A stretch of 64,000 nucleotides of DNA from Auanema rhodensis (taxonomy: Eukaryota > Animalia > Nematoda). The stretch covers positions 124,001 through 188,000 of the forward strand of contig OZ059899.1 of NCBI GenBank assembly GCA_964057225.1. Reading direction: 5' to 3'. The translations under genes and the position numbers were made by a program. Positions 1 to 12,600 of this stretch are shown in pieces (position 1 is the first letter of the stretch; the number at the start of each line of letters is the position of its first letter). Below the pieces are notes generated by a model. That model ran no database searches. It was not told the DNA's origin and saw only the letters and a program-made list of their open reading frames with translations.

Positions 1-176
1 ATGAACCAATATCAATAAAAATTTGTTTTTAGACTAATATGGACATGGGGAATCTAATTTTGAAAACCGCATCTCTTCATCTTTCACGTGAAGCGAGTTA
101 CATACCAAGTGCACATCACGTGTACATTTAATTAGCATAAATTAAAGTTCACGTAAATTTCAAAGTCATGGTTACC
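1..176 (+). repeat. Representative monomer M1 (phase arbitrary; carries C4A and T78C relative to consensus)
   Basis: atgaaccaat...catggttacc, followed by the next copy atgcacc at 177. Consensus has 57/176 G+C and five CpGs (monomer positions 68, 87, 94, 119, 152). Confidence 0.99.
83..155. other. Per-monomer cluster of three TCACGT cores: TTCACGTGAA palindrome (83-92), ATCACGTG (115-122), TTCACGTA (148-155)
   Basis: Directly visible in nearly every monomer. CACGTG is the canonical bHLH E-box / plant G-box. Protein binding is not demonstrated. Confidence 0.6.
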
Positions 177-2815
177 ATGCACCAATATCAATAAAAATTT
201 GTTTTTAGACTAATATGGACATGGGGAATCTAATTTTGAAAACCGCATCTCTTTATCTTTCACGTTAAGCGAGTTACATACCAAGTGCACATCACGTGTA
301 CATTTAATTAGCATAAATTAAAGTTCACGTAAATTTCAAAGTCATGGTTACCATGCACCAATATCAATAAAAATTTGTTTTTAGACTAATATGGACATGG
401 GGAATCTAATTTTGAAAACCGCATCTCTTTATCTTTCACGTGAAGCGAGTTACATACCAAGTGCACATCACGTGTACATTTAATTAGCATAAATTAAAGT
501 TCACGTAAATTTCAAAGTCATGGTTACCATGAACCAATATCAATAAAAATTTGTTTTTAGACTAATATGGACATGGGGAATCTAATTTTGAAAACCGCAT
601 CTCTTTATCTTTCACGTGAAGCGAGTTACATACCAAGTGCACATCACGTGTACATTTAATTAGCATAAATTAAAGTTCACGTAAATTTCAAAGTCATGGT
701 TACCATGCATCAATATCAATAAAAATTTGTTTTTAGACTAATATGGACATGGGGAATCTAATTTTGAAAACCGCATCTCTTTATGTTTCACGTGAAGCGA
801 ATTACATACCAAGTGCACATCACGTGTACATTTAATTAGCATAAATTAAAGTTCACGTAAATTTCAAAGTCATGGTTACCATGCACCAATATCAATAAAA
901 ATTTGTTTTTAGACTAATATGGACATGGGGAATCTAATTTTGAAAACCGCATCTCTTTATCTTTCACGTGAAGCGAGTGACAGACCAAGTGCACATCACG
1001 TGTACATTTAATTAGCATAAATTAAAGTTCACGTAAATTTCAAAGTCATGGTTACCATGAACCAATATCAATAAAAATTTGTTTTTAGACTAATATGGAC
1101 ATGGGGAATCTAATTTTGAAAACCGCATCTCTTTATCTTTCACGTGAAGCAAGTTACATACCAAGTGCACATCACGTGTACATTTAATTAGCATAAATTA
1201 AAGTTCACGTAAATTTCAAAGTCATAGTTACCATGCACCAATATCAATAAAAATTTGTTTTTAGACTAATATGGACATGGGGAATCTAATTTTGAAAACC
1301 GCATCTCTTTATCTTTCACGTGAAGCGAGTTACATACCAAGTGCACATCACGTGTACATTTAATTAGCATAAATTAAAGTTCACGTAAATTTCAAAGTCA
1401 TGGTTACCATGCACCAATATCAATAAAAATTTGTTTTTAGACTAATATGGACATGGGGAATCTAATTTTGAAAACCGCATCTCTTTATCTTTCACGTGAA
1501 GCGAGTTACATACCAAGTGCACATCACGTGTACATTTAATTAGCATAAATTAAAGTTCACGTAAATTTCAAAGTCATGGTTACCATGAACCAATATCAAT
1601 AAAAATTTGTTTTTAGACTAATATGGACATGGGGAATCTAATTTTGAAAACCGCATCTCTTCATCTTTCACGTGAAGCGAGTTACATACCAAGTGCACAT
1701 CACGTGTACATTTAATTAGCATAAATTAAAGTTCACGTAAATTTCAAAGTCATGGTTACCATGAAGCAATATCAATAAAAATTTGTTTTTAGACTAATAT
1801 GGACATGGGGAATCTAATTTTGAAAACCGCATCTCTTTATCTTTCACGTGAAGCGAGTTACATACCAAGTGCTCATCACGTGTACATTTAATTAGCATAA
1901 ATTAAAGTTCACGTAAATTTCAAAGTCATGGATACCATGCACCAAATCAATAAAAATTTGTTTTTAGACTAATATGGACATGGGGAATCTAATTTTGAAA
2001 ACCGCATCTCTTTATCTTTCACGTGAAGCGAGTTACATACCAAGTGCACATCACGTGTACATTTAATTAGCATAAATTAAAGTTCACGTAAATTTCAAAG
2101 TCATGGTTACCATGAAGCAATATCAATAAAAATTTGTTTTTAGACTAATATGGACATGGGGAATCTAATTTTGAAAACCGCATCTCTTTATCTTTCACGT
2201 GAAGCGAGTTACATACCAAGGGCACATCACGTGTACATTTAATTAGCATAAATTAAAGTTCAAGTAAATTTCAAAGTCATGGTTACCATGAACCAATATC
2301 AATAAAAATTTGTTTTTAGACTAATATGGACATGGGGAATCTAATTTTGAAAACCGCATCTCTTCATCTTTCACGTGAAGCGAGTTACATACCAAGTGCA
2401 CATCACGTGTACATTTAATTAGCATAAATTAAAGTTCACGTAAATTTCAAAGTCATGGTTACCATGCACCAATATCAATAAAAATTTGTTTTTAGACTAA
2501 TATGGACATGGGGAATCTAATTTTGAAAACCGCATCTCTTTATCTTTCACGTTAAGCGAGTTACATACCAAGTGCACATCACGTGTACATTTAATTAGCA
2601 TAAATTAAAGTTCACGTAAATTTCAAAGTCATGGTTACCATGCACCAATATCAATAAAAATTTGTTTTTAGACTAATATGGACATGGGGAATCTAATTTT
2701 GAAAACCGCATCTCTTTATCTTTCACGTGAAGCGAGTTACATACCAAGTGCACATCACGTGTACATTCAATTAGCATAAATTAAAGTTCACGTAAATTTC
2801 AAAGTCATGGTTACA

Positions 2816-5800
2816 ATGAACCAATATCAATAAAAATTTGTTTTTAGACTAATATGGACATGGGGAATCTAATTTTGAAAACCGCATCTCTTTATCTTTC
2901 ACGTGAAGCGAGTTACATACCAAGTGCACATCACGTGTACATTTAATTAGCATAAATTAAAGTTCACGTAAATTTCAAAGTCATGGTTACCATGCACCAA
3001 TATCAATAAAAATTTGTTTTTAGACTAATATGGACATGGGGAATCTAATTTTGAAAACCGCATCTCTTTATCTTTCACGTGAAGCGAGTTACATACCAAG
3101 TGCACATCACGTGTACATTTAATTAGCATAAATTAAAGTTCACGTAAATTTCAAAGTCATGGTTACCATGCACCAATATCAATAAAAATTTGTTTTTAGA
3201 CTAATATGGACATGGGGAATCTAATTTTGAAAACCGCATCTCTTCATCTTTCACGTGAAGCGAGTTACATACCAAGTGCACATCAAGTGTACATTTAATT
3301 AGCATAAATTAAAGTTCACGTAAATTTCAAAGTCATGGTTACCATGCACCAATATCAATAAAAATTTGTTTTTAGACTAATATGGACATGGGGAATCTAA
3401 TTTTGAAAACCGCATCTCTTTATCTTTCACGTGAAGCGAGTTACATACCAAGTGCACATCACGTGTACATTTAATTAGCATAAATTAAAGTTCACGTAAA
3501 TTTCAAAGTCATGGTTACCATGCACCAATATCAATAAAAAATTGTTTTTAGACTAATATGGACATGGGGAATCTAATTTTGATAACCGCATCTCTTTATC
3601 TTTCACGTGAAGCGAGTTACATACCAAGTGCACATCACGTGTACATTTAATTAGCATAAATTAAAGTTCACGTAAATTTCAAAGTCATGGTTACCATGAA
3701 GCAATATCAATAAAAATTTGTTTTTAGACTAATATGGACATGGGGAATCTAATTTTGAAAACCGCATCTCTTTATCTTTCACGTGAAGCGAGTTACATAC
3801 CAAGGGCACATCACGTGTACATTTAATTAGCATAAATTAAAGTTCAAGTAAATTTCAAAGTCATGGTTACCATGAACCAATATCAATAAAAATTTGTTTT
3901 TAGACTAATATGGACATGGGGAATCTAATTTTGAAAACCGCATCTCTTCATCTTTCACGTGAAGCGAGTTACATACCAAGTGCACATCACGTGTACATTT
4001 AATTAGCATAAATTAAAGTTCACGTAAATTTCAAAGTCATGGTTACCATGAAGCAATATCAATAAAAATTTGTTTTTAGACTAATATGGACATGGGGAAT
4101 CTAATTTTGAAAACCGCATCTCTTTATCTTTCACGTGAAGCGAGTTACATACCAAGTGCTCATCACGTGTACATTTAATTAGCATAAATTAAAGTTCACG
4201 TAAATTTCAAAGTTATGGTTACCATGCACCAAATCAATAAAAATTTGTTTTTAGACTAATATGGACATGGGGAATCTAATTTTGAAAACCGCATCTCTTT
4301 ATCTTTCACGTGAAGCGAGTTACATACCAAGTGCACATCACGTGTACATTTAATTAGCATAAATTAAAGTTCACGTAAATTTCAAAGTCATGGTTACCAT
4401 GAAGCAATATCAATAAAAATTTGTTTTTAGACTAATATGGACATGGGGAATCTAATTTTGAAAACCGCATCTCTTTATCTTTCACGTGAAGCGAGTTACA
4501 TACCAAGGGCACATCACGTGTACATTTAATTAGCATAAATTAAAGTTCAAGTAAATTTCAAAGTCATGGTTACCATGAACCAATATCAATAAAAATTTGT
4601 TTTTAGACTAATATGGACATGGGGAATCTAATTTTGAAAACCGAATCTCTTCATCTTTCACGTGAAGCGAGTTACATACCAAGTGCACATCACGTGTACA
4701 TTTAATTAGCATAAATTAAAGTTCACGTAAATTTCAAAGTCATGGTTACCATGCACCAATATCAATAAAAATTTGTTTTTAGACTAATATGGACATGGGG
4801 AATCTAATTTTGAAAACCGCATCTTTTTATCTTTCACGTTAAGCGAGTTACATACCAAGTGCACATCACGTGTACATTTAATTAGCATAAATTAAAGTTC
4901 ACGTAAATTTCAAAGTCATAGTTACCATGCACCAATATCAATAAAAATTTGTTTTTAGACTACTATGGACATGGGGAATCTAATTTTGAAAACCGCATCT
5001 CTTTATCTTTCACGTGAAGCGAGTTACATACCAAGTGCACATCACGTGTACATTTAATTAGCATAAATTAAAGTTCACGTAAATTTCAAAGTCATGGTTA
5101 CCATGAAGCAATATCAATAAAAATTTGTTTTTAGACTAATATGGACATGGGGAATCTAATTTTGAAAACCGCATCTCTTTATCTTTCACGTGAAGCGAGT
5201 TACATACCAAGTGCACATCACGTGTACATTTAATTAGCATAAATTAAAGTTCACGTAAATTTCAAAGTCATGGTTACCATGAACCAATATCAATAAAAAT
5301 TTGTTTTTAGACTAATATGGACATGGGGAATCTAATTTTGAAAACCGCATCTCTTTATCTTTCACGTGAAGCGAGTTACATACCAAGTGCACATCACGTG
5401 TACATTTAATTAGCATAAATTAAAGTTCACGTAAATTTCAAAGTCATGGTTACCATGCACCAATATCAATAAAAATTTGTTTTTAGACTAATATGGACAT
5501 GGGGAATCTAATTTTGAAAACCGCATCTCTTTATGTTTCACGTGAAGCGAGTTACATACCAAGTGCACATCACGTGTACATTTAATTAGCATAAATTAAA
5601 GTTCACGTAAATTTCAAAGTCATGGTTACCATGCACCAATATCAATAAAAATTTGTTTTTAGACTAATATGGACATGGGGAATCTAATTTTGAAAACCGC
5701 ATCTCTTTATCTTTCACGTGAAGCGAGTGACAGACCAAGTGCACATCACGTGTACATTTAATTAGCATAAATTAAAGTTCACGTAAATTTCAAAGTCATG

Positions 5801-8800
5801 GTTACCATGAACCAATATCAATAAAAATTTGTTTTTAGACTAATATGGACATGGGGAATCTAATTTTGAAAACCGCATCTCTTTATCTTTCACGTGAAGC
5901 AAGTTACATACCAAGTGCACATCACGTGTACATTTAATTAGCATAAATTAAAGTTCACGTAAATTTCAAAGTCATAGTTACCATGCACCAATATCAATAA
6001 AAATTTGTTTTTAGACTAATATGGACATGGGGAATCTAATTTTGAAAACCGCATCTCTTTATCTTTCACGTGAAGCGAGTTACATACCAATTGCACATCA
6101 CGTGTACATTTAATTAGCATAAATTAAAGTTCACGTAAATTTCAAAGTCATGGTTACCATGCACCAATATCAATAAAAATTTGTTTTTAGACTAATATGG
6201 ACATGGGGAATCTAATTTTGAAAACCGCATCTCTTTATCTTTCACGTGAAGCGAGTTACATACCAAGTGCACATCACGTGTACATTTAATTAGCATAAAT
6301 TAAAGTTCACGTAAATTTCAAAGTCATGGTTACCATGCACCAATATCAATAAAAATTTGTTTTTAGACTAATATGGACATGGGGAATCTAATTTTGAAAA
6401 CCGCATCTCTTTATCTTTCACGTGAAGCGAGTTACATACCAAGTGCACATCACGTGTACATTTAATTAGCATAAATTAAAGTTCACGTAAATTTCAAAGT
6501 CATGCTTACCATGCACCAATATCAATAAAAATTTGTTTTTAGACTAATATGGACATGGGGAATCTAATTTTGAAAACCGCATCTCTTCATCTTTCACGTG
6601 AAGCGAGTTACATACCAAGTGCACATCACGTGTACATTTAATTAGCATAAATTAAAGTTCACGTAAATTTCAAAGTCATGGTTACCATGCACCAATATCA
6701 ATAAAAATTTGTTTTTAGACTAATATGGACATGGGGAATCTAATTTTGAAAACCGCATCTCTTCATCTTTCACGTGAAGCGAGTTACATACCAAGTGCAC
6801 ATCACGTGTACATTTAATTAGCATAAATTAAAGTTCACGTAAATTTCAAAGTCATGGTTACCATGCACCAATATCAATAAAAATTTGTTTTTAGACTAAT
6901 ATGGACATGGGGAATCTAATTTTGAAAACCGCATCTCTTTATCTTTCACGTGAAGCGAGTTACATACCAAGTGCTCATCACGTGTACATTTAATTAGCAT
7001 AAATTAAAGTTCACGTAAATTTCAAAGTCATGGTTACCATGCACCAAATCAATAAAAATTTGTTTTTAGACTAATATGGACATAGGGAATCTAATTTTGA
7101 AAACCGCATCTCTTTATCTTTCACGTGAAGCGAGTTACATACCAAGTGCACATCACGTGTACATTTAATTAGCATAAATTAAAGTTCACGTAAATTTCAA
7201 AGTCATGGTTACCATGAACCAATATCAATAAAAATTTGTTTTTAGACTAATATGGACATGGGGAATCTAATTTTGAAAACCGCATCTCTTCATCTTTCAC
7301 GTGAAGCGAGTTACATACCAAGTGCACATCACGTGTACATTTAATTAGCATAAATTAAAGTTCACGTAAATTTCAAAGTCATGGTTACCATGCACCAATA
7401 TCAATAAAAATTTGTTTTTAGACTAATATGGACATGGGGAATCTAATTTTGAAAACCGCATCTCTTTATCTTTCACGTTAAGCGAGTTACATACCAAGTG
7501 CACATCACGTGTACATTTAATTAGCATAAATTAAAGTTCACGTAAATTTCAAAGTCATGGTTACCATGCACCAATATCAATAAAAATTTGTTTTTAGACT
7601 AATATGGACATGGGGAATCTAATTTTGAAAACCGCATCTCTTTATCTTTCACGTGAAGCGAGTTACATACCAAGTGCACATCACGTGTACATTCAATTAG
7701 CATAAATTAAAGTTCACGTAAATTTCAAAGTCATGGTTACAATGAACCAATATCAATAAAAATTTGTTTTTAGACTAATATGGACATGGGGAATCTAATT
7801 TTGAAAACCGCATCTCTTTATCTTTCACGTGAAGCGAGTTACATACCAAGTGCACATCACGTGTACATTTAATTAGCATAAATTAAAGTTCACGTAAATT
7901 TCAAAGTCATGGTTACCATGCACCAATATCAATAAAAATTTGTTTTTAGACTAATATGGACATGGGGAATCTAATTTTGAAAACCGCATCTCTTCATCTT
8001 TCACGTGAAGCGAGTTACATACCAAGTGCACATCAAGTGTACATTTAATTAGCATAAATTAAAGTTCACGTAAATTTCAAAGTCATGGTTACCATGCACC
8101 AATATCAATAAAAATTTGTTTTTAGACTAATATGGACATGGGGAATCTAATTTTGAAAACCGCATCTCTTCATCTTTCACGTGAAGCGAGTTACATACCA
8201 AGTGCACATCAAGTGTACATTTAATTAGCATAAATTAAAGTTCACGTAAATTTCAAAGTCATGGTTACCATGCACCAATATCAATAAAAATTTGTTTTTA
8301 GACTAATATGGACATGGGGAATCTAATTTTGAAAACCGCATCTCTTTATCTTTCACGTGAAGCGAGTTACATACCAAGTGCACATCACGTGTACATTTAA
8401 TTAGCATAAATTAAAGTTCACGTAAATTTCAAAGTCATGGTTACCATGCACCAATATCAATAAAAATTTGTTTTTAGACTAATATGGACATGGGGAATCT
8501 AATTTTGATAACCGCATCTCTTTATCTTTCACGTGAAGCGAGTTACATACCAAGTGCACATCACGTGTACATTTAATTAGCATAAATTAAAGTTCACGTA
8601 AATTTCAAAGTCATGGTTACCATGAAGCAATATCAATAAAAATTTGTTTTTAGACTAATATGGACATGAGGAATCTAATTTTGAAAACCGCATCTCTTTA
8701 TCTTTCACGTGAAGCGAGTTACATACCAAGTGCACATCACGTGTACATTAAATTAGCATAAATTAAAGTTCACGTAAATTTCAAAGTCATGGTTACCATG

Positions 8801-9677
8801 AACCAATATCAATAAAAATTTGTTTTTAGACTAATATGGACATGGGGAATCTAATTTTGAAAACCGCATCTCTTTATCTTTCACGTGAAGCGAGTTACAT
8901 ACCAAGTGCACATCACGTGTACATTTAATTAGCATAAATTAAAGTTCACGTAAATTTCAAAGTCATGGTTACCATGCACCAATATCAATAAAAATTTGTT
9001 TTTAGACTAATATGGACATGAGAAATCTAATTTTGAAAACCGCATCTCTTTATCTTTCACGTGAAGCGAGTTACATACCAAGTGCACATCACGTGTACAT
9101 TTAATTAGCATAAATTAAAGTTCACGTAAATTTCAAAGTCATGGTTACCATGCACCAATATCAATAAAAATTTGTTTTTAGACTAATATGGACATGGGGA
9201 ATCTAATTTTGAAAACCGCATCTCTTTATCTTTCACGTGAAGCGAGTTACATACCAAGTGCACATCACGTGTACATTTAATTAGCATAAATTAAAGTTCA
9301 CGTAAATTTCAAAGTCATGGTTACCATGCACCAATATCAATAAAAATATGTTTTTAGACTAATATGGACATGGGGAATCTAATTTTGAAAACCGCATCTC
9401 TTTATCTTTCACGTGAAGCGAGTTACATACCAAGTGCACATCACGTGTACATTTAATTAGCATAAATTAAAGTTCACGTAAATTTCAAAGTCATGCTTAC
9501 CATGCACCAATATCAATAAAAATTTGTTTTTAGACTAATATGGACATGGGGAATCTAATTTTGAAAACCGCATCTCTTCATCTTTCACGTGAAGCGAGTT
9601 ACATACCAAGTGCACATCACGTGTACATTTAATTAGCATAAATTAAAGTTCACGTAAATTTCAAAGTCATGGTTACC
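2816..9677 (+). repeat. Long duplicated block A, copy 1 (M17-M55; partner 15133-21994, offset 12317 bp = 70 monomers)
   Basis: The ordered series of rare variants is the same in both copies, e.g. T22A+A64T at M21/M91, C70A at M27/M97, C75T at M28/M98, A37C at M29/M99, G109T at M35/M105. Confidence 0.9.
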
Positions 9678-12600
9678 ATGCACCAATATCAATAAAAATT
9701 TGTTTTTAGACTAATATGGACATGGGGAATCTAATTTTGAAAACCGCATCTCTTTATCTTTCACGTGAAGCGAGTTACATACCAAGTGCACATCACGTGT
9801 ACATTTAATTAGCATAAATTAAAGTTCACGTAAATTTCAAAGTCATGGTTACCATGCACCAATATCAATAAAAATATGTTTTTAGACTAATATGGACATG
9901 GGGAATCTAATTTTGAAAACCGCATCTCTTTATCTTTCACGTGAAGCGAGTTACATACCAAGTGCACATCACGTGTACATTCAATTAGCATAAATTAAAG
10001 TTCACGTAAATTTCAAAGTCATGGTTACAATGAACCAATATCAATAAAAATTTGTTTTTAGACTAATATGGACATGGGGAATCTAATTTTGAAAACCGCA
10101 TCTCTTTATCTTTCACGTGAAGCGAGTTACATACCAAGTGCACATCACGTGTACATTTAATTAGCATAAATTAAAGTTCACGTAAATTTCAAAGTCATGG
10201 TTACCATGCACCAATATCAATAAAAATTTGTTTTTAGACTAATATGGACATGGGGAATCTAATTTTGAAAACCGCATCTCTTTATCTTTCACGTGAAGCG
10301 AGTTACATACCAAGTGCACATCACGTGTACATTTAATTAGCATAAATTAAAGTTCACGTAAATTTCAAAGTCATGGTTACCATGCACCAATATCAATAAA
10401 AATTTGTTTTTAGACTAATATGGACATGGGGAATCTAATTTTGAAAACCGCATCTCTTCATCTTTCACGTGAAGCGAGTTACATACCAAGTGCACATCAA
10501 GTGTACATTTAATTAGCATAAATTAAAGTTCACGTAAATTTCAAAGTCATGGTTACCATGCACCAATATCAATAAAAATTTGTTTTTAGACTAATATGGA
10601 CATGGGGAATCTAATTTTGAAAACCGCATCTCTTTATCTTTCACGTGAAGCGAGTTACATACCAAGTGCACATCACGTGTACATTTAATTAGCATAAATT
10701 AAAGTTCACGTAAATTTCAAAGTCATGGTTACCATGCACCAATATCAATAAAAATTTGTTTTTAGACTAATATGGACATGGGGAATCTAATTTTGAAAAC
10801 CGCATCTCTTTATGTTTCACGTGAAGCGAGTTACATACCAAGTGCACATCACGTGTACATTTAATTAGCATAAATTAAAGTTCACGTAAATTTCAAAGTC
10901 ATGGTTACCATGCACCAATATCAATAAAAATTTGTTTTTAGACTAATATGGACATGGGGAATCTAATTTTGAAAACCGCATCTCTTTATCTTTCACGTGA
11001 AGCGAGTGACAGACCAAGTGCACATCACGTGTACATTTAATTAGCATAAATTAAAGTTCACGTAAATTTCAAAGTCATGGTTACCATGAACCAATATCAA
11101 TAAAAATTTGTTTTTAGACTAATATGGACATGGGGAATCTAATTTTGAAAACCGCATCTCTTTATCTTTCACGTGAAGCAAGTTACATACCAAGTGCACA
11201 TCACGTGTACATTTAATTAGCATAAATTAAAGTTCACGTAAATTTCAAAGTCATAGTTACCATGCACCAATATCAATAAAAATTTGTTTTTAGACTAATA
11301 TGGACATGGGGAATCTAATTTTGAAAACCGCATCTCTTTATCTTTCACGTGAAGCGAGTTACATACCAAGTGCACATCACGTGTACATTTAATTAGCATA
11401 AATTAAAGTTCACGTAAATTTCAAAGTCATGGTTACCATGCACCAATATCAATAAAAATTTGTTTTTAGACTAATATGGACATGGGGAATCTAATTTTGA
11501 AAACCGCATCTCTTTATCTTTCACGTGAAGCGAGTTACATACCAAGTGCACATCACGTGTACATTTAATTAGCATAAATTAAAGTTCACGTAAATTTCAA
11601 AGTCATGCTTACCATGCACCAATATCAATAAAAATTTGTTTTTAGACTAATATGGACATGGGGAATCTAATTTTGAAAACCGCATCTCTTCATCTTTCAC
11701 GTGAAGCGAGTTACATACCAAGTGCACATCACGTGTACATTTAATTAGCATAAATTAAAGTTCACGTAAATTTCAAAGTCATGGTTACCATGCACCAATA
11801 TCAATAAAAATTTGTTTTTAGACTAATATGGACATGGGGAATCTAATTTTGAAAACCGCATCTCTTCATCTTTCACGTGAAGCGAGTTACATACCAAGTG
11901 CACATCACGTGTACATTTAATTAGCATAAATTAAAGTTCACGTAAATTTCAAAGTCATGGTTACCATGCACCAATATCAATAAAAATTTGTTTTTAGACT
12001 AATATGGACATGGGGAATCTAATTTTGAAAACCGCATCTCTTTATCTTTCACGTGAAGCGAGTTACATACCAAGTGCTCATCACGTGTACATTTAATTAG
12101 CATAAATTAAAGTTCACGTAAATTTCAAAGTCATGGTTACCATGCACCAAATCAATAAAAATTTGTTTTTAGACTAATATGGACATGGGGAATCTAATTT
12201 TGAAAACCGCATCTCTTTATCTTTCACGTGAAGCGAGTTACATACCAAGTGCACATCACGTGTACATTTAATTAGCATAAATTAAAGTTCACGTAAATTT
12301 CAAAGTCATGGTTACCATGAACCAATATCAATAAAAATTTGTTTTTAGACTAATATGGACATGGGGAATCTAATTTTGAAAACCGCATCTCTTCATCTTT
12401 CACGTGAAGCGAGTTACATACCAAGTGCACATCACGTGTACATTTAATTAGCATAAATTAAAGTTCACGTAAATTTCAAAGTCATGGTTACCATGCACCA
12501 ATATCAATAAAAATTTGTTTTTAGACTAATATGGACATGGGGAATCTAATTTTGAAAACCGCATCTCTTTATCTTTCACGTTAAGCGAGTTACATACCAA

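Noticed and set aside
1-18. ATG at the window start (atg aac caa tat caa taa)
   Set aside because: Stops after five codons and is merely the arbitrary phase of the repeat. No reading frame stays open across monomers on the plus strand, and minus-strand stop triplets are abundant.
41-50. G-quadruplex from ggacatgggg
   Set aside because: There is only one G4 run plus a GG per 176 bp, which is insufficient for an intramolecular G4.
39-131. 30-codon ORF in each monomer (MDMGNLILKTASLYLSREASYIPSAHHVYI*)
   Set aside because: This length is expected by chance. The common G90T variant creates a premature TAA, T129C/T129A remove the stop and G62del frameshifts it, so there is no sign of coding constraint. 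I recognise no homology.
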